DNA of 18,182 nt from a bacterium (GTDB lineage Bacteria > Zixibacteria > MSB-5A5 > GN15 > FEB-12): assembly GCA_043811375.1 (NCBI GenBank), contig JBDRNJ010000017.1, positions 1 to 18,182 of the forward strand. Direction: 5' to 3'. Below the pieces are notes generated by a model, which had not been told where the DNA came from, did not search any database, and saw only the letters and a list, made by a program, of their open reading frames with translations. This document shows positions 1-8,563 of the stretch, in pieces. The position numbers were made by a program, and so were the translations under genes. How positions within the stretch are numbered: the first letter of the stretch is position 1; every line of letters begins with the position of its first letter.

Positions 1-201
1 TCAGACGCATTATCGGCTACTGGCTGGATCGGTCGCCTCGGAGACAAGATGATCTTGGTCGTTTCAAGTATCTGGTCATTGACCAACTGGATCGAAGGCT
101 ACTTCAGTCGGCTCAAAGCTCGTTACCGTCAGCACCGCGGAATAAGATACGAACATCGCGAGAGATAGTTCGCTTGTTACTTCGGACTATGCAGAAAGTA
201 A
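1..201 (+). pseudogene. Decayed, internally deleted IS256/Mutator-like transposase fragment (5' part outside window)
   Basis: Frame 3 (3-83) reads RRIIGYWLDRSPRRQDDLGRFKYLVID, resembling the segment ending at the first catalytic Asp. Frame 1 (82-201) reads TNWIEGYFSRLKARYRQHRGIRYEHRER*FACYFGLCRK*, resembling the C-terminal TN-x-IE-G-x-F-S-x-LK...HRG motif of IS256-like DDE transposases. The frames switch at 81-84 and there is an internal TAG at 166-168. Family recognised from recalled motifs only. Confidence 0.65.
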
Positions 202-208
202 CAAATAT

Positions 209-231
209 CAACACAAAATGAGCATTATGCC
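209..231. mobile_element. Putative right terminal inverted repeat of the IS remnant (CAACACAAAATGAGCATTATGCC)
   Basis: Lies just after the transposase stop and ends in ...GCC (5'-GGC on the opposite strand), as IS256-like ends often do. The partner left end is outside the window, so this cannot be confirmed. Confidence 0.35.
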
Positions 232-293
232 CGCGATGACGTTTGTTATGTTTATCAACAAGCCCCGAATGTCAGGTTCCTTTTTTGCTGGCA

Positions 294-307
294 CTCACAG
301 CTGTGAG
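294..307. promoter_or_regulatory. Perfect 14-bp palindrome CTCACAGCTGTGAG, candidate operator upstream of the OsmC-family gene
   Basis: Exact inverted repeat about 50 bp upstream of the ATG at 357. Confidence 0.4.
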
Positions 308-356
308 ACATTTACTTGATTTGAGAGAACTGAACACTTTCAACTAAGGAGATGAT

Positions 357-830
357 ATGTCCGACCACGAAATATCCGTCACGATGGAACATATCAAGGA
401 CTTCCAGTTTAAGGTCACTTTTGACGATAAACTGAACTCTCTCGTAATGGACGAACCACCGCCTTTAGGTTCCGGCAAAGGACCCAATGCCGCCAACGTT
501 CTGTCGGCGGCGATAGCCAACTGCCTGACCGCTAGCCTGCTGTTCTGCCTGACCAAAACGCGGGTGAAACCAATATCCCTGACGACCACGGTAACTACTC
601 ACACATCACGAGATGAGAAAAAACGAATACGGATCAACGGCAGCCATGTCAGTATCGCGCTGGGTCTGGCTGACGAAGACCAGAATCGTCTGAGCCGGTG
701 TATCGACCTGTTCGAAGATTATTGCATCGTCACGCAGAGCGTGCGTCAGGGTATTGACGTATCCGTGGACGTTCGCGACCGACAGGGCGAGATTGTCTAC
801 GATTCTCGCGATGAAAGTGGGAGAGATTAA
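357..830 (+). CDS. OsmC/Ohr family protein
   Basis: 157 aa with DEPPPLGSGKGP, ANCLTASL and EDYCIVTQS (the two family cysteines); SD TAAGGAG at 345-351. Confidence 0.88.
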   Translation: MSDHEISVTMEHIKDFQFKVTFDDKLNSLVMDEPPPLGSGKGPNAANVLSAAIANCLTASLLFCLTKTRVKPISLTTTVTTHTSRDEKKRIRINGSHVSIALGLADEDQNRLSRCIDLFEDYCIVTQSVRQGIDVSVDVRDRQGEIVYDSRDESGRD

Positions 831-929
831 AACACTGCCTGTCATTACCCATTACTGCACGGCCCTCATTCACCGGGGAATATGGGACCGGTAGACCTCA
901 ACCTGTGAAGACGGGGCCTGACTCGGATT

Positions 930-959
930 CATATACTATGGGAACATATACTATGGAAA
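930..959 (+). repeat. Tandem 15-bp direct repeat (CATATACTATGGGAA / CATATACTATGGAAA)
   Basis: 930-944 and 945-959, 14/15 identical; each copy contains a CATA-N3-TATG inverted repeat; ends 3 bp before the -35 box. Confidence 0.85.
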
Positions 960-962
960 TGG

Positions 963-991
963 TTGACTTTGGTTGTCGGTCTGGCTATGCT
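963..991 (+). promoter_or_regulatory. Sigma70-type promoter for the polysaccharide cluster
   Basis: TTGACT (963-968), 17-bp spacer, TATGCT (986-991), about 55 bp upstream of the TTG at 1046. Confidence 0.6.
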
Positions 992-1045
992 CTCAAACTG
1001 AACCTGAAATATCTCAACCGCTACCGGTTGGGACTGGAGGAATGA

Positions 1046-2389
1046 TTGCGGGTCATTGGTGCCACATTCGTATTGATGTGCCTGTTTATTGCTGCGGATA
1101 CCACCGGGCAGGTGCTGTCCGACAGTGACAGCGCTGCTGTCGGTTATGGCAGCTATCGTTATTTCGATGAACCGGTGGACCCTGACCGGTATCTGGTCCG
1201 TCCCGGTGACCAGTTGGTGGTGACTTTTATCAAGGCTCGTCTGGCTCCGCTGAAATTAACCGTCGACTCCGAGGGCAACATTGTAGACCCTACCCTGGGC
1301 GTTATGAATCTCTCCGGGGCGACTCTGTCGCAGGCTAAGGAGACTCTGACCGACATCGTACAGGATCTGTTTAAGGCGGAACAGACCGCCATCTCCATTT
1401 CCGGTCCAGCCCGGGTAAGTATGGCCGTTACCGGCGCGGTTGCATCACCAGGTCTGTACTCGGTCTTCACATCGCAGCGGGTGTCGGAAGTGATTGATTC
1501 CGCCGGCGGACTGACATCGGGCGCATCTCACCGCTTCATTGTTCTCTCCGGCGGTCCGCAAGAGATTCCCGTTGATCTGGATCGGGCGGACTTTCTGGGT
1601 GACTACTCCGCCAATCCCTGCCTGTACGCCGGCTATCGCGTCCACGTACCGGCGCGGTCACAGGCCACCGTGCATGTGGCCGGTGAGGTCAACAACCCCC
1701 GCGAGATTGAACTCTGTGACGGCGACGATCTGAATCTGCTGTTGTCATTGGCCGGTAACGTTCGTTCCGGCGCCGATACGACGGCTATACGAATAATCCG
1801 CCTGAATGGCGTCGAGATTGATAGCCCTCAGGATATCAGAGACGGAGATGTAATACTGGTACCGGCGCAACCGGCCAGTGAGGACTCCCGGCGCTTGTCG
1901 GTGTTCGGGGCAGTGGCCATTCCCGGCTGTTACAAGTACCAGGCAAACCTGACGATCGTCGATCTCGTCGACCGGGCCGGTGGTTTTACCTCCGCAGCCA
2001 ACAGCGCCCGCACCACCGTCTTTAGAAAAATCGCCGCCGACGAATGGGGCCGTACTACTGATGCCAGATATGCTCTGAGTGTCTCGGATGGGTCACCTCG
2101 AAGTCTGAATTCACTGCCTCTTCAACCGGCGGACTCGATCTTTGTACCCCTCATGATGGGTTACGTGAAAGTCACCGGCGAAATAGCGGTACCGGGTTTG
2201 CTGCCCTTCCGTAAGGACGCCGACGCTCGGTATTACATCGAAGCTGCCGGTGGTTTCCTGCCGTCGGCCGACTCGGATCGGATCAGAATCTTCAATCGTA
2301 TCTCCAGGCTGACCATGACAGCTTCCCCAGCAGTATTGGTCCATGATGGCGATCGCGTGATCGTTGATATTCGCGAGGAACTCAAGTGA
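1046..2389 (+). CDS. Polysaccharide export protein with multiple SLBB (beta-grasp) domains (Wza/KpsD-like)
   Basis: N-terminal signal-like segment, YLVRPGDQL poly-export motif, and four repeats of V-x-G-(A/E)-V-xx-P...AGG (VTGAVASPG, VAGEVNNPR, VFGAVAIPG, VTGEIAVPG); GGAGG 5 nt before the TTG start. Confidence 0.85.
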   Translation: MRVIGATFVLMCLFIAADTTGQVLSDSDSAAVGYGSYRYFDEPVDPDRYLVRPGDQLVVTFIKARLAPLKLTVDSEGNIVDPTLGVMNLSGATLSQAKETLTDIVQDLFKAEQTAISISGPARVSMAVTGAVASPGLYSVFTSQRVSEVIDSAGGLTSGASHRFIVLSGGPQEIPVDLDRADFLGDYSANPCLYAGYRVHVPARSQATVHVAGEVNNPREIELCDGDDLNLLLSLAGNVRSGADTTAIRIIRLNGVEIDSPQDIRDGDVILVPAQPASEDSRRLSVFGAVAIPGCYKYQANLTIVDLVDRAGGFTSAANSARTTVFRKIAADEWGRTTDARYALSVSDGSPRSLNSLPLQPADSIFVPLMMGYVKVTGEIAVPGLLPFRKDADARYYIEAAGGFLPSADSDRIRIFNRISRLTMTASPAVLVHDGDRVIVDIREELK

Positions 2390-3591
2390 GTCAGGCATCG
2401 ACCCACAACCTGTGGCTGTTGCTGGAAGTGCTGGCCCGGCGACGACGTTTCATCGTGACACTGGTCCTGCTGGTAACCGTACTGGCGGTGGCAACATCGT
2501 TGCTGCTGCCCAAGTGGTATCGCGCTTCAGCCCTGTTGTTGCCCCCCAAGGATCTGGCGTTGCCGGTTCCCGGTCGCGGGCAGCTTTCGGAAGTAACGTC
2601 CATAACCGAGGGTGTGGACCTGCCGTCAATGGTGACCACTTCCGATGTTTATGCCCGGATACTGGAAAGCCGCACCATTGCCCGGAGAACGATCGAGAAG
2701 TTTGACCTGATGACTCGCTTCGGTACCGACAAGTTTGAGAAGACGTACAAGGTGTTTCTGGATCGAAGCCGGTTTCTGGTAACGGACGAAGGCTTGCTTT
2801 CGATTTCATTTGAGGATCGCGACCCTCAGACGGCGGCGGCAGTGGTCAACTCTCTGGTTGAAGAATTGGATCGAGTGAATCGCGAGATCGCAACAGAACG
2901 AGTGCACCAAAACAGAGTTTTCATTGAGCAGCGATTGAATCAAATCAGGCAGGAACTCGATTCTGCGCGCTGGGAGTTCGAGAATTTCCAGTTGGTCAAT
3001 CGGACGGTGGATTTTGACCAGCAAACAAGGCTGGCCATACAGCAGGCAATTGTGCTGAAGATCAGACTGGCCGAACTGGATATCGATCTCAAGATGCTCG
3101 AACGCAACCTCTCAACCGACAACACCGAACTGGTGGAACTGCGCCATCGTCGACAACTGGTTAGCGACCAACTGAATCTACTGGAGAAGAGCAACCCGGA
3201 CAGCTCGTTTTTCTCCCTGCCGGTGGCCGCGATTCCCGCACTGCGGGGACAGTATGAGGCTCTCTACAGCCGCGTGAAAGTCAACGAGTCTCTATACAAC
3301 ATTCTGCTGGAGCAATTGGAACAGGTTAAGATACAGGAGAATGAAAAGACATCGACCATATCAGTCCTGGACCAGGCTCTACCACCGGACACCAAAAGCC
3401 GACCGCAGCGAATGCTTATCGTGGGCGGCAGCTTTGGTCTGTCGGTACTGCTGGCAGTGCTGGTGGCTGCCTTTCTGGAATATCTAACCCGGTTGAGGCA
3501 AAGCAGTCCCGAAGATTATGCCCGGTTTAGCCAGTTCGCCGAGGCGTTTTTCGGCTGGCTACCGGGGATGAAGAAAACCAAAAGAACGTGA
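2386..3591 (+). CDS. Polysaccharide co-polymerase / chain-length determinant (Wzz/GumC/Wzc N-terminal type, no kinase domain)
   Basis: N-terminal TM followed by PKWYRASALLLPP, a long coiled coil, a Pro-rich LDQALPPDTKSRP motif and a C-terminal TM; GTGA overlap with the upstream gene. Confidence 0.87.
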   Translation: MSQASTHNLWLLLEVLARRRRFIVTLVLLVTVLAVATSLLLPKWYRASALLLPPKDLALPVPGRGQLSEVTSITEGVDLPSMVTTSDVYARILESRTIARRTIEKFDLMTRFGTDKFEKTYKVFLDRSRFLVTDEGLLSISFEDRDPQTAAAVVNSLVEELDRVNREIATERVHQNRVFIEQRLNQIRQELDSARWEFENFQLVNRTVDFDQQTRLAIQQAIVLKIRLAELDIDLKMLERNLSTDNTELVELRHRRQLVSDQLNLLEKSNPDSSFFSLPVAAIPALRGQYEALYSRVKVNESLYNILLEQLEQVKIQENEKTSTISVLDQALPPDTKSRPQRMLIVGGSFGLSVLLAVLVAAFLEYLTRLRQSSPEDYARFSQFAEAFFGWLPGMKKTKRT

Positions 3592-3616
3592 ACCCTTATC
3601 ACAGGTATAACGAAGT

Positions 3617-4621
3617 ATGAAGAACTTAGCAATTGCCGGCATCGGAGCCTGGGGCAAAAATCTGTTGCGTAATTTCTACAATCTTTCCGGCGGGCGACTG
3701 GTACTGGCATGTGATCCGGATGAGAATCGACTGGCTTATGCCAAAACCAATTACGTCGGCCTGGAAACGACCACCAACTATGATGACATTCTAAAGAGAG
3801 ATGACATTGAGGGCGTCGTTTTAGCCACTCCCCCGGCGGAGCATTACCGAATGGCAATGGGAGCTATTGAGGCCGGCAAGGACGTCTTCGTTGAAAAACC
3901 GCTGGTATTATCGGTAGCCGATGGCGAGCAGTTGGTGGCCGCGGCTGAGAAAGCCAACCGCATCCTGATGGTCGGCCATATCATGGTCTTCCACCCGGCC
4001 ACGATATACCTCAAGTCGCTGATTGATAAGGGCGAACTGGGTCGCGTGTACTACCTGTATGCCAGCCGGGTCAACCTGGGCAAGGTGCGGGAGATAGAAA
4101 ACTCGCTGTGGTCGTTTGCCCCGCACGACATCTCCATCATCCTGTACCTGCTGGACAAGGATCCGGTACGAGTAACGGCTACCGGATCGGCTTACCTGCA
4201 ACCGGGTATCGAGGACGTGACCTTCACAACTCTCCATTTCGGTGACGGCACCATGGCACACATTCACGTGAGCTGGCTCGATCCGCACAAGGAGCGCAAA
4301 CTGGTTGTGGTTGGCTCCAAGAAAATGGCCTCCTTTGATGACGGACAAACATCGGAAAAAATCCGACTGTATGATAAAGGCGTGGATACGCGCCAGGACT
4401 ATGAGAGCTACGGCGAACATCTCTCGGTGCGAACGGGCGATATCCGCATCCCGCAGGTGAAATCGTCCGAGCCGCTGGCTGAAGAGTGTCGGCATTTTCT
4501 GCAATGCATGGAGAAACGTGAAAAACCCCGCTCCGACGGTATTGAAGGCCTGCGAGTGCTGAGAGTCCTCGATGCGGCCCAGAAATCGCTGGAGGCTGGT
4601 GGAGCGCCGGTCAATCTGTAA
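3617..4621 (+). CDS. Gfo/Idh/MocA family NAD-dependent oxidoreductase (WbpB/WlbA-like nucleotide-sugar dehydrogenase)
   Basis: GIGAWG Rossmann motif, VFVEKP, HD motif, SWLDPHKER; adjacent to a DegT aminotransferase. Confidence 0.88.
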   Translation: MKNLAIAGIGAWGKNLLRNFYNLSGGRLVLACDPDENRLAYAKTNYVGLETTTNYDDILKRDDIEGVVLATPPAEHYRMAMGAIEAGKDVFVEKPLVLSVADGEQLVAAAEKANRILMVGHIMVFHPATIYLKSLIDKGELGRVYYLYASRVNLGKVREIENSLWSFAPHDISIILYLLDKDPVRVTATGSAYLQPGIEDVTFTTLHFGDGTMAHIHVSWLDPHKERKLVVVGSKKMASFDDGQTSEKIRLYDKGVDTRQDYESYGEHLSVRTGDIRIPQVKSSEPLAEECRHFLQCMEKREKPRSDGIEGLRVLRVLDAAQKSLEAGGAPVNL

Positions 4622-4641
4622 CGATTACTGCTAAAATGTCA

Positions 4642-4667
4642 CCCAGGCAGCACTGCTGGCCTGCCTG
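4642..4667. other. Intergenic hairpin CCAGGCAG-N10-CTGCCTGG
   Basis: Perfect 8-bp stem between the oxidoreductase and aminotransferase genes; no U-tract, so possibly an mRNA stabiliser or pause site. Confidence 0.4.
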
Positions 4668-4690
4668 GCGGAAACTGTTGAGGAGAAAAA

Positions 4691-5797
4691 ATGGCTGTCC
4701 CCTTGTTAGATTTGAGCCGTCAGTATGCGTATCTTAAACCAGAACTTGATGCGGCGGCAGTTAACGTATTGACACACGGCAAGTTTATCCTTGGACCCGA
4801 AGTCAAGAAACTGGAAGAAGAAATTGCCGCTCTCTGCAAGGTGAAATATGCTATCGGTGTAGCTTCCGGTACTGACGCCCTGCTTTTGGCGCTGCGCGCC
4901 GCCAGCGTCGGACCGGGTGATGAAGTGATTACCACCGACTTCTCTTTCTTCGCTACCGCCGGGGTTATTCATCGTTTGGGCGCCAAACCGATCTTTGTCG
5001 ATATCGAGCCTGACACCTATAATATCGACCCCAACCTGATTGAATCAGCGATAACACCTAAGACTAAAGTCATCCTGCCGGTGCATCTGTTCGGACAGGT
5101 GGCCGATATGGATCCGATCATGGCAATCGCCGCTAAACACGGTCTCAAGGTGGTTGAGGATGCTGCCCAGGCTATCGGATCGGAGTACAAGGGTCGCCAG
5201 GCCGGTTCCATCGGAGACTATGGCTGCTTCTCGTTTTTCCCTTCCAAGAATCTCGGCGCCGGCGGCGATGGCGGTATGGTTGTCACCGATGACGATGCTA
5301 ACCACGACCTGGTGCGGATACTGCGCGTTCATGGGTCCAAACCGAAGTACTACCACAAGATTGTGGGTTACAATTCACGCCTGGCGACCATGCAGGCGGC
5401 AATTCTGCTGGTAAAGCTGCCTCATCTGCGGAACTGGTCGGAGAAGCGAATCGAACATGCCCGGAAATACAACGAGGCTTTCGACGGCATGTCCCAACTC
5501 AAACGGCCGGTGGTGAAAGACTACAGCACCTTTCATATCTACAACCAGTACACTGTCGCCGTCCCCAACCGTGATGAAGTACTGGCGAAGCTGCAAGCAG
5601 CCGGAATCGGGTGCGTCATTTATTACCCGGTGCCGTTTCATGTCCAGGAATGTTTCGCCTATCTGGGATATAAACCGGACGATTTCCCACTGTCGACGAA
5701 AGCGGCCGGGGAAGTGTTGTCGATCCCAATCTATCCGGATATGACTGATGCCGAGCAGGATGAAGTTATCGACACCATCAGAAAGCTGGTGTCTTAA
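4691..5797 (+). CDS. DegT/DnrJ/EryC1/StrS PLP aminotransferase (WbpE/WlbC-like)
   Basis: GVASGTDAL, PVHLFGQ, EDAAQAIG, SFFPSKNLG (PLP lysine), GYNSRL; SD GAGGAG upstream. Confidence 0.93.
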   Translation: MAVPLLDLSRQYAYLKPELDAAAVNVLTHGKFILGPEVKKLEEEIAALCKVKYAIGVASGTDALLLALRAASVGPGDEVITTDFSFFATAGVIHRLGAKPIFVDIEPDTYNIDPNLIESAITPKTKVILPVHLFGQVADMDPIMAIAAKHGLKVVEDAAQAIGSEYKGRQAGSIGDYGCFSFFPSKNLGAGGDGGMVVTDDDANHDLVRILRVHGSKPKYYHKIVGYNSRLATMQAAILLVKLPHLRNWSEKRIEHARKYNEAFDGMSQLKRPVVKDYSTFHIYNQYTVAVPNRDEVLAKLQAAGIGCVIYYPVPFHVQECFAYLGYKPDDFPLSTKAAGEVLSIPIYPDMTDAEQDEVIDTIRKLVS

Positions 5798-5825
5798 CAG
5801 CCGTTGCCAATGCTGACGGCTTCTC

Positions 5826-7448
5826 GTGAATACTACGGCCGACGGTGAAAAACCGGCCACCTTTGCGGGGGAGAGATTGAAGTCGGGACTAATCAGGCAA
5901 AGCCTGGTCACGGCCTCACTGGTTACTATCGGAACCAACGTTGCCGGCAGGCTCTTCGGTTACCTGCGGGAGGCGACCATTGCCGGCTACTTTGGTACCA
6001 GTGCCGATTTCGATACCTTCATTCTTGCCTTCACAGTCCCTGAGCTTTTTTCCTTTATAATTTTTGCCGCTCTGCCATCGGCCCTTATCCCATTTATGAG
6101 GCAGACGTCGCCGGGATCACGGTCACGGCTGTTCTGGGAAGGGCTGTTCTCGTTCGTAGCGGTTTTTGGCTTTGTTTCGATCATGATCTACCTGCTGCGG
6201 GCTGAAATACTGGCACTGCTGGCACCCGCTCTATGTGCTGACCAGCGAATGCTGGGAGAGAAACTCCTGACGATATTGTCCGGGTTTGTTTTCTTCCGTG
6301 GCATGGAAGCCTACTTCCGCGCCTGTCTGTATGACCGCAAGCATTTCGTGGTGCCGTCCCTGTCACCGATTATAGCCAATGTTGTCGTTCTGACGCTGAT
6401 GGTCGCTTACTACGGTGAGTTGCATATTGAGGCGCTGGCCTATGGCTGGCTGTTGGCGGCAGCAACACTGCTGTTGATGAACGGCGTAATGGCGGTGCTG
6501 ATTCTCAAACCGGGATGGCCCGGCAGAATTGATCTCTCGCTCGTCAAGCCGCTGCTGAAAGCGACAACGGCGGTGGCCGCTATCGAGAGTGTCGCTCTGA
6601 TTTACCCCGTGGTCGACCGGTTTTTTGCCGCCAGGTATCTGGGTGAAGGTCAGATCGCTGCTCTCAGGTATGCTGCCTTCCTGGTGCATATTCCTACCGG
6701 GATGTTTGCCGCCGCATTTGCTCTGGCGTCTTTTCCGTGGATTTCGGATCTGTCAGCGCCGGGAAAAGCAGACCGGTTGCAAAAACTGTACGGTCAGAGC
6801 CTGCGGCTGATTGCTTTTGTCATGCTGCCGGCAGCCATGGGGATAGTGCTTTTCTCGCGGGAAATTGTGCGGGTGGCGTTTCAGCGCGGTGTTTTTGATG
6901 TAACCTCAGCCGACCTGACGCATTCCCCGCTGGTGTTCTTTGCGCTGGGAGTCGTCTTCTTTGCGGCCTATCTCTTTCAGATGCGGTTTTACTATGCCTC
7001 AGCATCGCTGCGACGCCTGGGCCTGATCTTATTAAGTATGCTGACAATGAAAATTATCATCAGCCTGGCCCTGGTGAACTCGCTTGAACAGGATGGTCTG
7101 GCGCTGGCCACCAGTTTCACCTGGCTGAGCGGTTTCCTGGTTATGACGCTGGATTTGCACTTCCACCGCAGGCTGCGAGCCGGAGCGGTCCTGCTTCCTT
7201 TCGTTGTCAGGGTTGTGCCGGTGCTGGCAGGTGTCGGTGCTTATTGGATGATCATGGCTAACGTCTGGCCGGATATCGGCACACATTCTCTCTGGAATAC
7301 CTTCCTGCGTTTGGCTCTGTTGGGATTCTCGGGGGCGTTGTTGTATCTCCTGCTGGCGGCGCTGTTGCGACTGCCGGAACCCCGGCAGCTACTGGCGTCT
7401 ATTTCGTCAAAGATACGACCATCGGGTTCCCCCGGCGATCTCAGGTAG
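5826..7448 (+). CDS. murJ: MurJ/MviN-family (MOP) lipid-linked glycan flippase; start uncertain (GTG 5826 or TTG 5877)
   Basis: GRLFGYLRE...FGTS..DTFILAFTVP, VDRFFA, FQRGVFD and GLALATS motifs; about 13-14 hydrophobic segments. Confidence 0.82.
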   Translation: MNTTADGEKPATFAGERLKSGLIRQSLVTASLVTIGTNVAGRLFGYLREATIAGYFGTSADFDTFILAFTVPELFSFIIFAALPSALIPFMRQTSPGSRSRLFWEGLFSFVAVFGFVSIMIYLLRAEILALLAPALCADQRMLGEKLLTILSGFVFFRGMEAYFRACLYDRKHFVVPSLSPIIANVVVLTLMVAYYGELHIEALAYGWLLAAATLLLMNGVMAVLILKPGWPGRIDLSLVKPLLKATTAVAAIESVALIYPVVDRFFAARYLGEGQIAALRYAAFLVHIPTGMFAAAFALASFPWISDLSAPGKADRLQKLYGQSLRLIAFVMLPAAMGIVLFSREIVRVAFQRGVFDVTSADLTHSPLVFFALGVVFFAAYLFQMRFYYASASLRRLGLILLSMLTMKIIISLALVNSLEQDGLALATSFTWLSGFLVMTLDLHFHRRLRAGAVLLPFVVRVVPVLAGVGAYWMIMANVWPDIGTHSLWNTFLRLALLGFSGALLYLLLAALLRLPEPRQLLASISSKIRPSGSPGDLR

Positions 7449-8400
7449 CATCGTCGGCAACACGGGTCGGACGGTAGGTCCACCGCCACCACAATTTGGA
7501 TGGCAACGTCCGCAGGGAGTTCAACGGGTGGCGCGCGTATTCCTCCCAGCGTGAAGCATATTCCCGAAACAGCTCCTGTCCTGTCAGCGCATACATGACT
7601 TCTAATTGGGCAATGTGAAGAAGGTGATAGTGCACCGTGGCCGGGTTGCGAGTACCGTCGGAGAGGTGATACAACGACCAGTAGCCGATGTCAAAACGCG
7701 GCAACCACTCGATCAAAGTCTGCAGACCCTCGTCGAAAAGCTCGGTTGCATCCCGATATGATTCCATCCGAACCAGGTCATGCAGACCCCACATGGCGTA
7801 AATGAAACCGTTGAGTACGTGGTGATAGGGAATTGCCTGGTACTCTTCGTAAAATACCTGTCCCCCGTCGTGGCTGGCTACTCCCCCATCGCGGACATCC
7901 CGTTGGTAAGGTTTCGAGGCCAGGACAGCAGACTCAGTAAAACGGGATTCTCCAGTGACTAACGCCGCCCTGGTAAGACAGGATATACCTAACCCCTGAA
8001 CCATAGCCGACGGATACGGTCCTGCCAGTCCAAACCGGGGCATGGCAAACGGTGTCAGCCAGAGACCGTCGGGCCTCTGGCAGTCGACCAGCCACTGCGC
8101 CACCTTCAGAAATGACGCCAGGTTCTCCTCTCTACCGGTACGGCGATGTAATTCGAGGTGGCCTAAGCCATAGAAGCAGGTTAAGACCGGCAGATGATCG
8201 GTCCGTCCCTGATAGACGTACAACGGCAGCCCGGTAGCATCAAAAGGCCCGGCATAGTTTGCTCGCGGAGTTTGATCCAGATAGTAAACCAGCGGCTGTT
8301 CGGAATCGTAAGCGACCTGCCGGGCGGAATGATAGTAGTGCCGGGAACTGATACCGGCATATTCCAGCAGTAAATCGAGTTTCTCTCGGAAACGACCCAT
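7441..8400 (-). CDS. D-glucuronyl C5-epimerase family protein (heparosan/heparan C5-epimerase C-terminal-like domain)
   Basis: SAMVQG, FYEEY, HVLNGFIYAMWGLHD, WSLYHL and YHLLHIAQL match the GLCE-family pattern (FVLNGF..., YH..HI.QL). ATG at 8400 is preferred over TTG 8406 because a -10 box covers 8406-8411. Confidence 0.85.
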   Translation of the reverse strand: MGRFREKLDLLLEYAGISSRHYYHSARQVAYDSEQPLVYYLDQTPRANYAGPFDATGLPLYVYQGRTDHLPVLTCFYGLGHLELHRRTGREENLASFLKVAQWLVDCQRPDGLWLTPFAMPRFGLAGPYPSAMVQGLGISCLTRAALVTGESRFTESAVLASKPYQRDVRDGGVASHDGGQVFYEEYQAIPYHHVLNGFIYAMWGLHDLVRMESYRDATELFDEGLQTLIEWLPRFDIGYWSLYHLSDGTRNPATVHYHLLHIAQLEVMYALTGQELFREYASRWEEYARHPLNSLRTLPSKLWWRWTYRPTRVADDAT

Positions 8401-8405
8401 GTTCA

Positions 8406-8434
8406 AAGCTACGGTGATGCGGCCGGTTTTTCAA
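8406..8434 (-). promoter_or_regulatory. Sigma70-type promoter giving a (near-)leaderless epimerase mRNA
   Basis: On the minus strand: TTGAAA, 17 bp, TAGCTT, 5 nt, ATG; no SD. Confidence 0.55.
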
Positions 8435-8563
8435 GAATAATGGCGGCCTTTCGAATATGATGGATTGGCTGCCGTTTATCGAGGTGCATTGAAAAGTTGT
8501 GCCGCCGCACTGAACTGTGTATTGTTGGAAACGGATTCACAGGTACTGAAAGCAGACTAAGAC

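Noticed and set aside
288..313. CIRCE element
   Set aside because: Left half CTGGCACTC is similar, but the spacer is 8 nt and the right half GAGACATTT does not match GAGTGCTAA.
884..894. ops/JUMPStart element for the polysaccharide operon
   Set aside because: Only a partial match (CCGGTAG), and it lies upstream of the predicted promoter, so it would not be transcribed.
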